Shown here in pieces: positions 27,558-40,936 of a stretch of DNA of 64,000 nt. The stretch is from Utricularia gibba (Eukaryota; Plantae; Magnoliophyta): the NCBI GenBank assembly GCA_002189035.1, contig CM007989.1:4092001-4156000 (forward strand), read 5' to 3'. A model generated the notes under the pieces. It had not been told where the DNA came from. It worked only from the letters and a program-made list of their open reading frames with translations, and ran no database searches. How positions within the stretch are numbered: the stretch's first letter is position 1; each line of letters starts with the position of its first letter. The position numbers and the translations under genes were made by a program.

Positions 27558-29582
27558 AGCTTAATATGACTCGGATTTTAGAGTTGAAGAAGATGCCAAG
27601 TTGATGCGAATGGATTAGGTACATTCCCCTTAAGTGGGTTTGATGCATGCTAAGGCTCATTCAAATGTCTAAACCCATGAAATGGTCACAATTTTTACAT
27701 CGATAATGAATAATTAAAAGAAAGTAAGTAAATGAAATCACTCATCATTAAAAAGATATGAAGTTTTCTCACAAGATGTCATAGCAGCCGTTGCCCCACA
27801 TGAGAATGATAGCAAAATGTACAAAATTGACCAAAAAAGTGAATAAAGGGAGAAGATTTTTTTATAATTCTTAGTATTTTTTTTGTTGATTGATTTAAAT
27901 TTTCATGAATATAAATTATTTGAATTTATTGAAACTCAAATATATAGGTATAAAAATATATATACCTCCTAATATATATATACCCATATATGAAGTTAAT
28001 ATATAACTATTATTATATCAAATGATGATTATATCTATATAATTGATATAATTATATCTACATATTAAATAAATTAATTTTATTAAATCTTTTTATAAAC
28101 CAACTTTATAGTTTCATATCAAACAATGCCTCAAGGTCATATGTACGAAGTATCTGATTATAGTATCAGAGTAACCAAAATGAATAAAATAGAACGATTT
28201 TCTTCAGTCGAAGAGCTCGACTTAGTTTCATAATTTGTTGCTTTCAGGGATGAAAGGATAATCAAATTTTTATATTTTTAGAACTTTTTCTTATTTTTTG
28301 TTTCGTTTATTTTATGTTTCGACATTGTGATTGTGGATATGTTTTTATTTATATTTTATGAATACTCTTTACTTATCTTTAGCACTAGTGATTAGATTAA
28401 AATAATATTTTAGAAAAAAAAGGAGTAAGTTGATCATTGAATTCGAGTCCATTCGAATCAAATTTGTATTTTATTTTCTTAATAAATTAGAATAGATCCA
28501 AAAAAGCATAAGATGAGAACACCAAATTAAAAAAATATAACTTGATGGTAAACCAAAAAGTTAGAAAATATTTAATGTGTAGGGTTTTTGTGTAAAGATG
28601 AATTGGACTAGATAGAGTTAGTTCTATAACTTTTATAATATGGTAGATCTCAGAGTGGGGAGTATCTAGAAAATATCAAAACCTGAAATAGAAAATGAAA
28701 AAGGGACTTGAGTACAATTAAATACATTTGTAATAGTTAGACTTTTGAGAATATTAGTACAAGAATTTCCTCATATATTAGAGTTACCATTTGAGTTATC
28801 CTGTTTTTTTTTTTTTTGTATTATTTATTATATTTTGTGTTTTCTTAGTTTTAGATGAAACTTAAACTTGATTGTGAAACCTGAGTGCATGAACCTTAGA
28901 ACAACGACCACTAGACTTCTTGTGTTCAATCCCAAATTATTATACATTTTATGTGGATTTATTGATTAGTATGTATTGGGCATTAATAAATTTTATTTGT
29001 TTCAAAATATTAATTTGCAACATTATGGATTTTTGGTTTATCAAATTGATAATGTTGTCGGAGAGTAGTGCTCAATTATTATGTGTTTTAATTGATACAT
29101 TTGACTTATATTCAAGAATTTAATTTCAACCCAAAAGTCAAGACGATTGTTAAGTTGATAGGCTTTTTGGCATGCACTAATAAGACTTTGAATAAATTGG
29201 ATGTTAATGATCACCCTTACTCAGGGATTATGCATCATATTTGTAAATTAAGAACAATAACTTAATTTGATTAGTTAAAAGTATTTTAAAATATTAAAAG
29301 TATGTCATTATTTTTGAAAATATTAGTATCAAATAATAACAAATACCAAACAATTAATTTAAAAATTAATATAAAGTTTTAAAACATTTATCTTCATTCA
29401 TTTTACAAATTGATATCAAAATATTGAATACGAAATTTGTCATTAGTGATTTATTCATTCTTTAAATTTAGTTAAAATTAGATGTTTAAAAAATTATATT
29501 TCAGATGGTTGATTTTTAAATATATTGAAGGGACGTTAATTTTTCAAATTGCTTTTCAAAATAAAAGTGCGATTGCGACTGA

Positions 29583-31231
29583 TCAGGACAACACGACGGC
29601 AGTTTCAATCCTCGCCGTCACACCGCACAGCAAATCGTTCGCCCTCGGCGCCGTCAATCCCGACCGCTCCGCCATGTCAACAGCTTCAACGCCGTCGGGT
29701 AGCCTCCAATTGAAGCACTGGACCATTGTCCCGATTATGCTCACCAATTCATTAATCGCTAGGATCATCCCTGGACAGCCTCGCCGCCCTGTACCAAAGG
29801 GCAGTAGCTCGAAGTTCTGCCCTCGGATGTCAATGTGCTGCTTGTCTTTCTCCAGAAACCTTTCCGGCTTAAACACCGTTGGGTTCTCCCAGTTCTTAGG
29901 GTTCCGGCCCATAGACCACAGATTGACGAATAGAAGAGTGTGGGAAGGGATATGGTAGCCGTCGATGACGCAATCGGTGGTCGATTTGCGAGAGAGCATC
30001 GGGATCGGAGGGTGGAGACGAAACGTCTCCTTGATTATGGCCTGAAGGTAGGGCAGAGCTGGGCCGTCGGTTTCTTGCACCAATCGACCGGATCCGATGA
30101 TTCGATCTATTTCTTCTTGGGCTTTAGAAAGCACATTCGGATTGCTCATGAGCTCCGCTATCGCCCACTCCGTCACTATCGCGGTTGTGTCCGTCCCGGC
30201 GGTGAAGAAATCCTGTTCCGAAAACAACAGTGGGTTCGAGATTTTTATGGAATATCTCCATCATGAGGTATTTTTTTAATGGAGAAGATGATGAAAAGTG
30301 TAGATTCGAAAAAAATAGTATGCATCTGTTACCAAAATCAGAGCTTTGAGATGTTCTCTGGTGAATCTAACTTCTGCTTTGTCATTTTCCATGATATCCA
30401 GGAGCAGATCCAGAAAGTCAGCTGGTTCACCGGCGACGGTGGTAAGGCGACTCTGCCGCTGTTTCTCCCTGTCGGAGATGATTTTCTCGAGTAAAGCATC
30501 GTACCTCCTCTGGATATCCTCCGACCTCTTTCGTATCCCTGGAAGTCGAAGTTTTTGCAGAACCAAATGATGTCCGCAACATCGAATTCTCCGAAGATCT
30601 GCGTGACTTCCCGGATCACAGTCCTCGCCGCCTCTGCCTCCGTATCGGTGCCAGAGCACCGAATGCCAAGCATCATGTTTGAAATCACGTTACTGGTAAG
30701 CCTCACCAACTCCTCCGTGATATTAATAACTTCGCCGGATTCCCCCTTTTCGCTCAAAATCTTCAAAAAGCTCCTGACTTCGAAAACTCGAATCGGCTGA
30801 AAGTGGGTCAGATTCCTCGCGCCGAGAAGCTCGTACGTACAGAGTTTCTTGATGTATTTCCAGTACGGCCCATAAGGGGAGAAAGCGAAAGAGGACTCGT
30901 AGGTCACAATATCGATCGCGGTGGAGTGTTTTCTAGAGGAGAAAGCGAGCTCATTCGTCTTGAGAAACTCTTTAGCGAGCTCCGGCGACGAGGCTACGAC
31001 GCAGGGTACCGAGCCGAGGTACAGCTGGACCAAGGGGCCGTACTTGAGCGAGAATTCATGGAAAGTGTGGTGAAGTTTAGGGCCGAGGAGATGGAGGTGG
31101 CCAATAATGGGCAGGCCGCGGGGCCCCGGAGGCGGAGGCGGGTTGCTGCGGCCCCGGTTGAAAAGGTGGCGGAGGAAGGCGGCGGAGACGATGAATATAG
31201 CGGCCAGTAGCAACACATCCGTGGCATCCAT
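29583..31231 (-). CDS. CYP93B: CYP93B flavone synthase II-like cytochrome P450 (copy 2), with one apparent 1-bp frameshift
   Basis: ATG 31231. Exon 1 31231-30333, intron 30332-30213, exon 2 30212-29583. Motifs [31 protein letters not shown] and [10 protein letters not shown] are intact. CCC at 30537-30539 needs a fourth C to read FQGIRKRSED. Confidence 0.93.
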
Positions 31232-33051
31232 TTGCAAGGACTGCAGAAGAAGTGGGAGCACCCTCCATTTAAAGCAGATGACGTCTCTGTAGAGGCACCG
31301 GGGCTCAGTGAATCGGACGGTCGTCATTCCAGCATCGTCCGCAGCCCTACAAGTGGAAAGACGGTGCGGTGCAGGTGAATGGCGACCTGGACTGTTTGGT
31401 GAGCTGGGTAGATGGCGGGGGTATAATGGGAACACATGGGTATTTTTGTTTGGTAGAGCATGGGTAATATGGTCATTCTCCTTTGCGGCCCCCGCAAGGC
31501 CGCGTGGCATATTATCAGTCGATGACACGGTCGGCTGTCTTTCAAAACGGGACATTTTTAAAATTCCAAGATAAAATTGTCAGAAAAATTAAAAAACTTA
31601 AGTTAAAAATATTAAATAATTAATAATTTAAAATTACATTATATTAAAATTAATTGACTTTATTTGTATAATAAATTACCCAAATCCCCAATGCGGCTGA
31701 AATCATCCCCTTGATTGTATTGATTTGGCAATATGAATAACTTCTCACCATAATTTAGTAGTATATTTTATCTCAAAATACAAAACAAATGTGAATATAT
31801 AACTAATTATAAATCAAATATTTAATATTTAGTAAAAATATAAAATTGTAAAAAAGCAGATTTTATGAGTAAATTATGGAAGTTGGGGGAATAGGTAGAT
31901 TTCCTGGTTGTGATCAGTTCAAACCCAACTCACGATTTCAGTTTCGAATTTAATTCAAGATTCTGATTTTTAATATGGATTCAATTTTGGGTGGATTCGT
32001 TATTTTTGAAATCGAAATATCATAGTTCCAAGTCATTTAGAACCGGTAATTTCAGGTAACATCGACATGAATGTTTGAAAATAAAAAACATTAAAAAACA
32101 AAGTATTTCTAAACAACAAGGGCTCATGTGCATGAAAAAAATTTGACATTTTTTGAGATATTTTCATACATTAATAATAGCCATTAGAGGTAGTTGAAAA
32201 CAAAATTTTTATTTTTAAATAAATTTTTAATACTTAAAATCGGGGTTTAAACCGAAGTGATACGATTGGATTCCGATTCAATTTCATGTTTATGATTTCG
32301 ATTTCGAACCAAAATCATGCGTTTCAATTCAATTCAAGATTTATGATTTCAATTTTGAATCGAAACCTCAACCTAAACTCAGTTTGAAAGCGAAAGGTGG
32401 ATTAGTTGGCAACTACCGTCCCTGCTGCCCAACAACCACATCCGCCTGTCCCCATCGGCATGAAGAGGACGCTAGGGAAGGACAGTTTAGATAAAGTTTA
32501 AATGAAAATTAGGATTTCATAATAGAGGTTAATTTTATTATAATAATAAATATAATATCGATTTGTTTGATTTCAAAATAGTAAAAACAGATTATATATA
32601 TGTTTCAAATAGTACGTAATGAGAATGAAGAATCATTATTTTGATACTAATTACATTATTTAGACAAACAGTACAGATTATATCTACAGTTAATCTATCA
32701 TCAGTGGGGGAATAGATGGATTATTTACATTAATTTAGTTCAATTCAATCTCACTCATATTTAATATTATTTAAAATAAAAACTTATTATTAAACACGAC
32801 CTTATATGATGGATCTTCACCTGGATTTAATTTTTTTCCGACAATGCGCCCCCACACCTAAGTCTTTTACACTCCCCCTTTTGAGAGATTATGTCCCCGG
32901 ATTTTCTTTTCTTGTCATGCTATTTCAGGAAGTACTAATTCTTCTATTTTATACAAATTGAGTTAATCGATATATTGATTCAGGTTATATATACGAATTC
33001 ATGTATGCATATTCAATAAATTTTTATTGAAAATAAATTAAAAAATAATAT

Positions 33052-33053
<2 letters not shown>

Positions 33054-33115
<62 letters not shown>

Positions 33116-33252
33116 ATTTGTAAATTATTATTTGATAACCTCTTTTAATTCTTCAATTATAGTCTACTTTTATGTTACTAGTGGTGGTGCGAATTAACTA
33201 TTTCATTCTATATTTATATCGTTGAGGATAGTCATGTAAATTATAATTTATA

Positions 33253-33288
<36 letters not shown>
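33054..33288. repeat. Two (AT)n microsatellites
   Basis: Uninterrupted AT dinucleotide runs at ~33054-33111 and ~33257-33288. Confidence 0.97.
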
Positions 33289-33291
<3 letters not shown>

Positions 33292-33316
33292 TTAATTTGC
33301 CATTCATAATGTGTAT

Positions 33317-34429
33317 TGATAAGTGATGTTGTGTCGTTTCAAAACATGTTCTTCCATTATTATTGAATATTGTTTTTATTTATCTTAAATTCTACTTTTT
33401 CATTATTCTCAATTAATTTTGTATTTTTCACGCTACTTTGATCTTCTTGGAGATAAAGTATATTTTGTGGATTTTTAGGACACTTTTGGATCAATTTGAA
33501 AAGAAATCAAGATCCACCAAATTATGGACTTGATTGGCCACGAATCTCAGCCCAACACTCGGTCAAACAATGAAGATTTGGTTCAAGATTCATGGATAAG
33601 ATAAAAATATGAAGATGATCTTGGAAGATTTGAATAAAAGATTTGAATAGAAGATCTTATCTAAGTCCGTCAAATAAACCCAATACAAAGATTTGAATCT
33701 ATTCTTTTATAAATACTCTACTCTCTCAATCATTAGAGACGTTATTTGACCACTCTTCCTTTGTATGTTTCCTATTTTCATGTCTATTTTCATGTTAGAG
33801 TCGAGTCTACGTGTATAGGCACTTGCGGCTAAGGATTTGCGATGAAGCCTTGCTTGTGCAAGTCATGCGCGTGTGACTGCTTTAATATGTTTTTCGATAT
33901 TTAAATTGAAGTTTAATTCTGTTTTTCACAATGTTTTCTTTACCAATGTGCTCTTTAGTATCACATAACCCGAAGGAAGTGTGAGAGAATCAAAGGTTGG
34001 CCTCAAGCACCTAAGGAGAAGAGCTCAATCAGACATCGTTGGTAAGACACATTATGTCTAATCTGTCTGCGAGGTGTGAGGTGTAGGGTTTAGATTTGGG
34101 TGTAGCGAAAACATGGGTTATCTTGAAGACTAACCTGCTTGCGTAAGCTTTGGAAATGTTATTCTAAAGTAGTGCTATTCGGTGACCGTTATAACACCAT
34201 CCATTGTTTTGTGAGATTATGGAATCAACCACGCCATCAGAGCCATTTTCACTTCTTGTGTATACACGCAATGGAGAGTTTTAAGTAAGGTGGATCCTAG
34301 ATACAAAACCACTTTTTTTATTGTTTTTAAAACCAAATTTTTATTTTGTTTTCAGTCTTTTTTTAATTTTTGTTTGAAAAGAAAATTTATTACTTCGACG
34401 GTTTATGCGCACTTGTAGAATTACCATCA
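33317..34429 (+). mobile_element. Solo LTR, Gypsy (Athila-like), 1113 bp
   Basis: Starts TGATAAG and ends CATCA. Perfect 5-bp TSD TGTAT at 33312-33316 and 34430-34434. No internal coding domain. The Athila-like label comes from recalled end motifs, and the orientation is tentative. Confidence 0.82.
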
Positions 34430-35315
34430 TGTATCATTCCAACTTATAGATAAAAATATAAAAAACATTGTTGTGGTTAGAAATCGGTCATGGTATGAGT
34501 TATCAATTTTTAAAAGATAAATTGATAATTAACTAATTTATATAACTTGTGTTATGTTTTTTTGTTGATGTAAAAGCAACAAAGAAGATTAGGATTTTTA
34601 CATAAAAATCATCTTGACAAAAAACCATAAAGTTGGTCGAACTCATCAAATTAGAAGGTTTCACTAAAAAAGAAGAGAAGAGTATTACAAGGATGATAAG
34701 AGAGAACCTAACCCTTCTCCAGTGAATAGAGCTCATATTTATAGTGGAACTCAGACTGATCAATTATGAGTCAGTTATTTTCTACATGTGACAAGATTTG
34801 CTTGATCTTATTGGTGATTGTCATTGACAAATAATCGCCTTCTATTCTAAATTACGGCAAGTTAGTTACTTTTCAAACTAACTTTGAGTAATTGGAGACA
34901 GACATTATCTTTTTTATCAAATATCAAAAAAGATATTTTACCGATCATTTTAGATTGGTTTACTATCTATATCAAATATTGTTCTGATTCTTTATAGTCA
35001 GATTTCCCAATTGACTCTCAGCTTGGTGTCGATCTTTCATTTTGAATGCTATCGTTGGATGTATTTTTTATCTCTTTTTGTCTTTTTCCTTCTATTTTGT
35101 ATAACGTCGATTTCGGCACCATCAAACATATTAATTTATTATTAAATAATCTTAAAATTAAGATTATATTATTGATTAATATTGATCTTGATATTTTCAA
35201 TATTACATTTTGATTTAAAAAAAAAAAAGAAACATAGGTTGGAAGCGAAGCACTTACGAAAAGAGTGAATCTTGACTATGTACAAACAAGGAAACGCCAT
35301 AACCGCGCGAGCATA

Positions 35316-36030
35316 TCAGCTGAACCTCCGTCTCTTGCAAAGGGAAGTATGCCCATTCATGGCGGGACTGCTGTTATTCAGACAACCTATATCCCCGACG
35401 CTGTGAACGTTGGAATTTGCTTGGAATTGGGCAGACCCGTATGAGTATTTGCTCAGATTCACTTGTCCGGAGACCAACCTCCTTTGTCCGAAGGCATCGA
35501 CTTTCACAGAAAGGTTCGGAAAATGGAATGCCTTGATCTGCGGCGGGTTGCGCCACTGTGGCAGGGGCCCCGCCGTGACTAGCGTCTGAAGCAGCGGCGC
35601 TGCGCGGAGCACGGCCTCCAGGAACTTCCCCTCTGCGGCAAGGCTTTCCCTTTCACTATGTTTTCAATGACCAGTGATCCCTGATCGAAATCGCCGCCGT
35701 GGATTTGATGTCCGATCGAAATCGTCGACCCCTTGGAAAAATCCACGGGATCGAAGAGGGATTCCACCGGCGAAGATCCATGAGAATGGTACTTATAACT
35801 GTCGGAAACACTGTTGTCCTCTGTTACGCTCGAATTCCCCTGTTTCAGATTCTCCCCGCGATCTGGATGAGTTTCTGAAGCTGGCTGCGCGCGGCGTCTC
35901 TTTCTTCCAGCGCCGACTTCAGCATTCCGATCAGACGGTTAACGTACTCTCTGTTCTTCTTCGCTTCCTCCATCGAGTCTGCTCTCAGTCTCTCCAACTC
36001 AAGAGTGGCGTCCAGAAGCCTCTGCTCCAT
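35316..36030 (-). CDS. DUF1635 family protein, intronless, with two apparent 1-bp frameshifts
   Basis: MEQRLLDATLELE...LEERDAARSQLQKL, then SSVTEDNSVSDSY..HSHGSSPVESLFDPV, then IENIVKGKALPQRG(KF)LEAVLRAAPLLQTLVTAGPLPQWRNPP. Adding one C to each of the CCCC runs at 35854-35857 and 35628-35631 gives a continuous 717-nt frame. Confidence 0.85.
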
Positions 36031-36544
36031 GCCTACACCATCATCATCCTGACAACACAAAACAAACCCTATTACACACCATCCACAGAGGAAACAAACC
36101 AGCAAAAGGCAGAGTGATCCATACATGTACCTCCTCGAAGCCCCACAGTGAAGAAAGTTCGCCCATCGCCGCCGTCTGCGAAACCGAACTTGAGCAAGAG
36201 GTTTTAAGCCTCGTGGGCGGTGAAAAAGCTGAGAACCTTCCCCTGTTTTCACTCTCGGAGAGTATTCAATTGCCATTGATCGCCTTCCTAAGACTGTCAG
36301 TGTTCCATAATTAATCTCACACTAATGGACTTTCCATTCCCATGCATGAATGTATATATGGTTAATAATTAAACAAGGTCAAACTTACCCTTTGACTTTT
36401 TCTATTCTTATATAAATATTGGAGCACAAATATTGGATGGGCTTATGAGCCGGGTCGGGCCGGGTAGTAAAGTGCTTGATCGGTTTGGACTTAATTCATG
36501 TATAAATGAAATGTATTCAAATTAGTATATTGTTGAATAAAACA

Positions 36545-37143
36545 CCGTAAAATTACGTGAATATTCCCCAATGTTTAGCTAAATGGTATAATTGGTACTT
36601 ACAAATATTATTTTAATTATAACTTTTCAAAACCATTTATAAATGGTCAACATTATTTTCAAATTAGACAAAAATAATCTTCAATATTTACACAAATGGC
36701 ACAATATATGCCCAATTATAAACTCTACTTTTTTCTCCAATTCAATTTTACTATTGTCGATCGATTGTTGTCGATCACCGTTGCCCATCGTCCACGCACC
36801 ACCACTCGCCGCTTGTCGCCCACCGCTGGTGCGAGTGGCTGCGGGCGACGGGCGACGGTGGCTGATGGAAGTTCAGAAAAAATAAAAACTAATTTTATCA
36901 AATTATGAAAAAATAGTGATAAAATATATTCGAATTTTAAATATAGGAGATTAATTATAATTCATTTTTAAAACATCAGGATAAAAAATGATTTAAGTGA
37001 AAAGATAGGAAACTAAATATGCTCCATGCATTAAAATGTGAAATATGAATATATCTGGTACGTTAATATATGAGGACTAAATAAGTTAATAGGGATCAAT
37101 TGTACCATTTTTATTAAATATTTGAGACTAAAGATGTATTCTG
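36545..37143. mobile_element. Degenerate foldback / long-TIR (MULE-like) non-autonomous element
   Basis: Outer arms AAATGGTATAATTGG (36581-36595) and TCAATTGTACCATTT (37096-37110) are complementary at 13/15. They enclose a GC-rich hairpin (36776-36793 with 36843-36860; 36802-36809 with 36831-36838). I did not identify a TSD. Confidence 0.5.
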
Positions 37144-38021
37144 AAAAATTTTTGAATGCTGTTTTTATTTTTGTCTTTAATGAAAGTAATTTTACATAAA
37201 ACATTTCCTATTTTTATTTTTTTTTTGACAAAAATAATTTTTAGGTGTAATTAAAAATGAGTCAGAAGTAGAAACTAAAAAAATATTTTATTGTATTTAT
37301 CATTTCTATTTTTACTTCAAATTTTCGAAAATATTTTTGTTTCTACAATTTTTTCAGAACACATTATTTCTATTTCTACTTATAAAAAATTTCTACTTCT
37401 AATTTCTATTTTTTTCAAAAATAAAAACTGCATTAACTAAAATACTACTTATTCGTGTCAATGTTAAACACAATGAAAATGAATGTGGTCTAGGGTCCAT
37501 ACAAAACCCATCCCATGATTAAAATTAAAAATATATTAAGTAATATATATTTGAAAGGTATATTTACAAATTTTTTAATTATTTATTAAGAATTAAGTAT
37601 TAGAAATTATTTTCGAATATAATTTTTTATTTTAACTTGTTAATTAAATTAAAGGTGATTTATAATACTTATTTTAAATTCTATTAATCCATTGAATCAA
37701 ACATTCTCAAACAGCCAGCATAACATAGCACCTGAAATGAATTTGGTTTAGCAGACGCGCCCCCGGAGTCGGGCAACTACGGAGGAGGTATCGGCGTAGC
37801 TGATAGGTGTTTCATTAATTGGTTAATTTGATTCCGCGTGCAAGAAATGCATTTCAGTTTGGTCCCGTGTTTCGTTTTTTGAATGGAGCACTGGCTTGAA
37901 TTTCGCAAGAGATGCATTTCAGTTCGGATTCTTTTGGTTGGGACTTTTTCATTGTATGTTTCATGTATCTAATTTGTGTGATTGAGGTCATTTTGAACAG
38001 CATAAATTTGCTAAATTCAGA

Positions 38022-38790
38022 ACATGTGGGGAGTTTAATGATGATGCTCTGAGAGCATTTACATTGATGAAAAGAGAGGGAAGCTACAGGTTATGAATTA
38101 TGATCCGGCCTTCCTCGAAGGTTATCATCGAAGTTCTCCTGGTCATGCAGAATAATGGCAGTGCTCGCGTTTTATGGTATTGGTTTTGTTTATTGTTTTT
38201 AGTTAGCATGATGCATTGGAGAGCTGGAGTATGCTGATTGTCACTGAGCTGGAAAAATTGTGGGTACACAAATGTGGTGTCATCAGTCCCTTCTTCGGTG
38301 CTGGTGTCGAAGATATTGAATTTTAGAGTGCTATATTATTGCCTTCAAGGCAGGTATTGTATCATACGTTAGTAGATGACATTTGTATCTGTTGCAGTTA
38401 AAAGTGATTTACTGGATCCTGGATTTTTTTTTCCAATTTCCCATAGTTTGAAGGTTAAATTATGATGAAATCAGCCCTCATTGTTTGCATGATAGCATCA
38501 TCATTGGTAGAATTTTGTATGCCACAGGCTGTGTTGGTTACGGAAGACTGTAATGTAATATGCGTCTAAGTTTTGTCACTGTTTGGCTGCATGATGTTAA
38601 CAGCGTCTTCTGGAATTATAGATCACGAAGAAGCCCATAGAAAGAACTTATGAGTGAAAGTCCTTTATCCTGGCGATGAGTTATTTGGCTGGCTTGTTTA
38701 TATATGTCTTAGTGATCTTCTTTGTGTTGACTCTTCATGGTGGCTGTTATGGCTATGCCGAGTCCTCATGGAAATGTTTGACTTGAAGGT
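38022..38790 (+). pseudogene. Possible highly decayed PLS-class PPR gene remnant
   Basis: Scattered translations resemble PPR/E-domain text: CGEFNDDALRAFTLMKREG (38022), GELEYA (~38217), TFVSV...LLDPGFFF (38379) and HGNV (38767). Many stops and frame changes; a pattern impression only. Confidence 0.25.
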
Positions 38791-38993
38791 GTTTGTGATA
38801 TCATGGTTCCCCAACAAGTGATAGCTACTGTACAAGACCTCAAAATAAGTCTGATTTTTACAATGTTCTTAAATATCCACACACTTTAGTAACTAGACAA
38901 ATGACAAGTGGCCTGCACGGTTTTGAAATGAGGACGCAAATTTTCTTAATTACACCTCCTTTTCATTTCAGAGATTGGTACTACTTGGCTGCA

Positions 38994-39777
38994 TCATGGC
39001 ACAAGGCGGGGGAGAGAAGCATGCCACTCCATTTGCTTCTGTTCTTCTTCCATTTCCCAAATGGAGTCCATATCCCACCAGTAAGAACTTGCCTCTCCTT
39101 TGCTGGTAAACTCGTTGCTGCTTTCCTCAATATCTTTCCAAATATCATCCATGGTGCAGGGCTCAGTCCATTCCTCCACCGTCTTTCCTGCTTCAGACTC
39201 TCCTGCAGCCGTTGAAATCCCCTTGGATTCCTCGGTTGAAGTTGCTGCTTTTTGCTTCTTCGCCCGAGCCTCCTTCCTCATGTGAGTTCTCCAGTAGTTT
39301 TTTATCTCATTATCTGTTCTACCTGGTAACCTCCTCGAAATCCTTGACCATCTGTAAAACATATCAGAAACGATCAACCAAGAGAAGCAGACATTTGAAA
39401 GAAGGAAGCGACCTGTTTCCCCATTTGGAGTGAAGTTCCATAATCAGGTGCTCTTCCCTTGGACTCATCATCCCCCTTTTAAGTTCCGGATTCAAGTAGT
39501 TTACCCAACGCAACCTGCAACTTTTACCTGTTCTTTTCAACCCTACAACCAGCAACAAGTTGACACAGTTAAAACCTCTAGGGCTATGGAGAATTCCCAC
39601 TCCATGCCCTCAAAACTCCCACCTCAACACACATTCTCCCGCCACCTGCAAACCTGATACTTTTGCGATGAAATCCCATCGCCGATCACCCACCAATCCG
39701 ACACAAGATACCAGCTGAAGGTCTTCTTCCTCACTCCATGGCCCTCTTCTGAACTGCTCTCTCTCCATCCTCTTCAT
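38994..39777 (-). CDS. R2R3-MYB transcription factor, MYB59/MYB48/MYB27-like subgroup
   Basis: Exons 39777-39654, 39542-39413 (the typical 130-bp exon 2) and 39351-38994. [65 protein letters not shown]. Confidence 0.93.
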
Positions 39778-40920
39778 TTTTTTTTTCTTTTTGCCTTTTG
39801 TTTCCACTTACTTGCCTTTTATAGAGTTGGAGCTGGTTGGCTTCTCTTCCCATGAATGCAAATGGCTTTTCTCAAGTGCGATTACGTCATCAAACACTAA
39901 AAATGTTCAGACAAACTGTTCTTCATGGGAGCTCCGGATGCTTTCTAACATTGCATCGATTGCAGGCAAGAAAACCTCCCCACGTTTCACTTTCACTAAT
40001 CCATGTTGTATGAAAATGCATGTAGAAAACTGCACTTTGAGTTTGTTCACGACGCATATGTTGTTGATATATATGACCTGGTTTTTCGTAATGTGTTATA
40101 TGTAAAACATTTAGGATTCATTAGGTAGTATGTTTTTAATTTGTTCGTTAATTAAAAATAAAATTATTTTATACAAAAATAAATAATTTGAAAAATATGA
40201 TTATATTTTGTATATAATGTTATTTAAAGAATGATTTTTCATTATTTGTTTGATAAAAAATTTTATAATAAAATGGTTTTAAAAATAATAAGGGTAATAA
40301 CCTATTTTATCATCATGATATCAACTAAATAAATCTAATAGATGAGTTTGTGTTTCATGATTAATGTAGTCTGAAATAAAAAATAATAATTAGATATCTA
40401 ATCCTTAATACTAAATATGACCGTTTATTAAATATACCATCAATATGTGTTATTTAACATACAGTAATCATACAAACACAAAGTCTTACATGACTCATTT
40501 AACTACATTTATTCTAAATATATTTATAATAATATTTTAAATAAAAATGTTAAAAATGTCTTTCAAATTCATTTTCAATTATAATCATATTTATCTAAAT
40601 AAAAATAATTTAAACATATTATCGATTAAATTATCATTTCAAAGAGACGCTTTGTATGAAATATAATGATATTTTCATGAGTAGACCCGTGATTCATACA
40701 TTTGTTATGTTGATAAGATAATTCTACGAGAATATTTCTCCAACAAAATTATTATTATTATTATATATGGAAAAAATGAGCACCACTAATCAATTTTAAA
40801 GTTAGCTTAACGTGTCATGTAATTGTTAAGCCGTACATTTTAATATGATTGTGGGGTAATTAATCATTAATCATGAGCAGCGTGTGGGAATGGTATGAGA
40901 ATTGAGTGGTTGTTATCCAG

Positions 40921-40936
40921 ACACGTGGCGGTCGGC
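40921..40936. promoter_or_regulatory. Adjacent ABRE/G-box and DRE/CRT core upstream of the MYB
   Basis: ACACGTGGC at 40921-40929 and GTCGGC (reverse complement GCCGAC) at 40931-40936, in a GC-richer island ~1.15 kb upstream of the MYB ATG. Confidence 0.4.

Noticed and set aside
33054-33288. CRISPR-like or satellite array
   Set aside because: These are simple (AT)n microsatellites in a eukaryotic genome, with no repeat-spacer structure.
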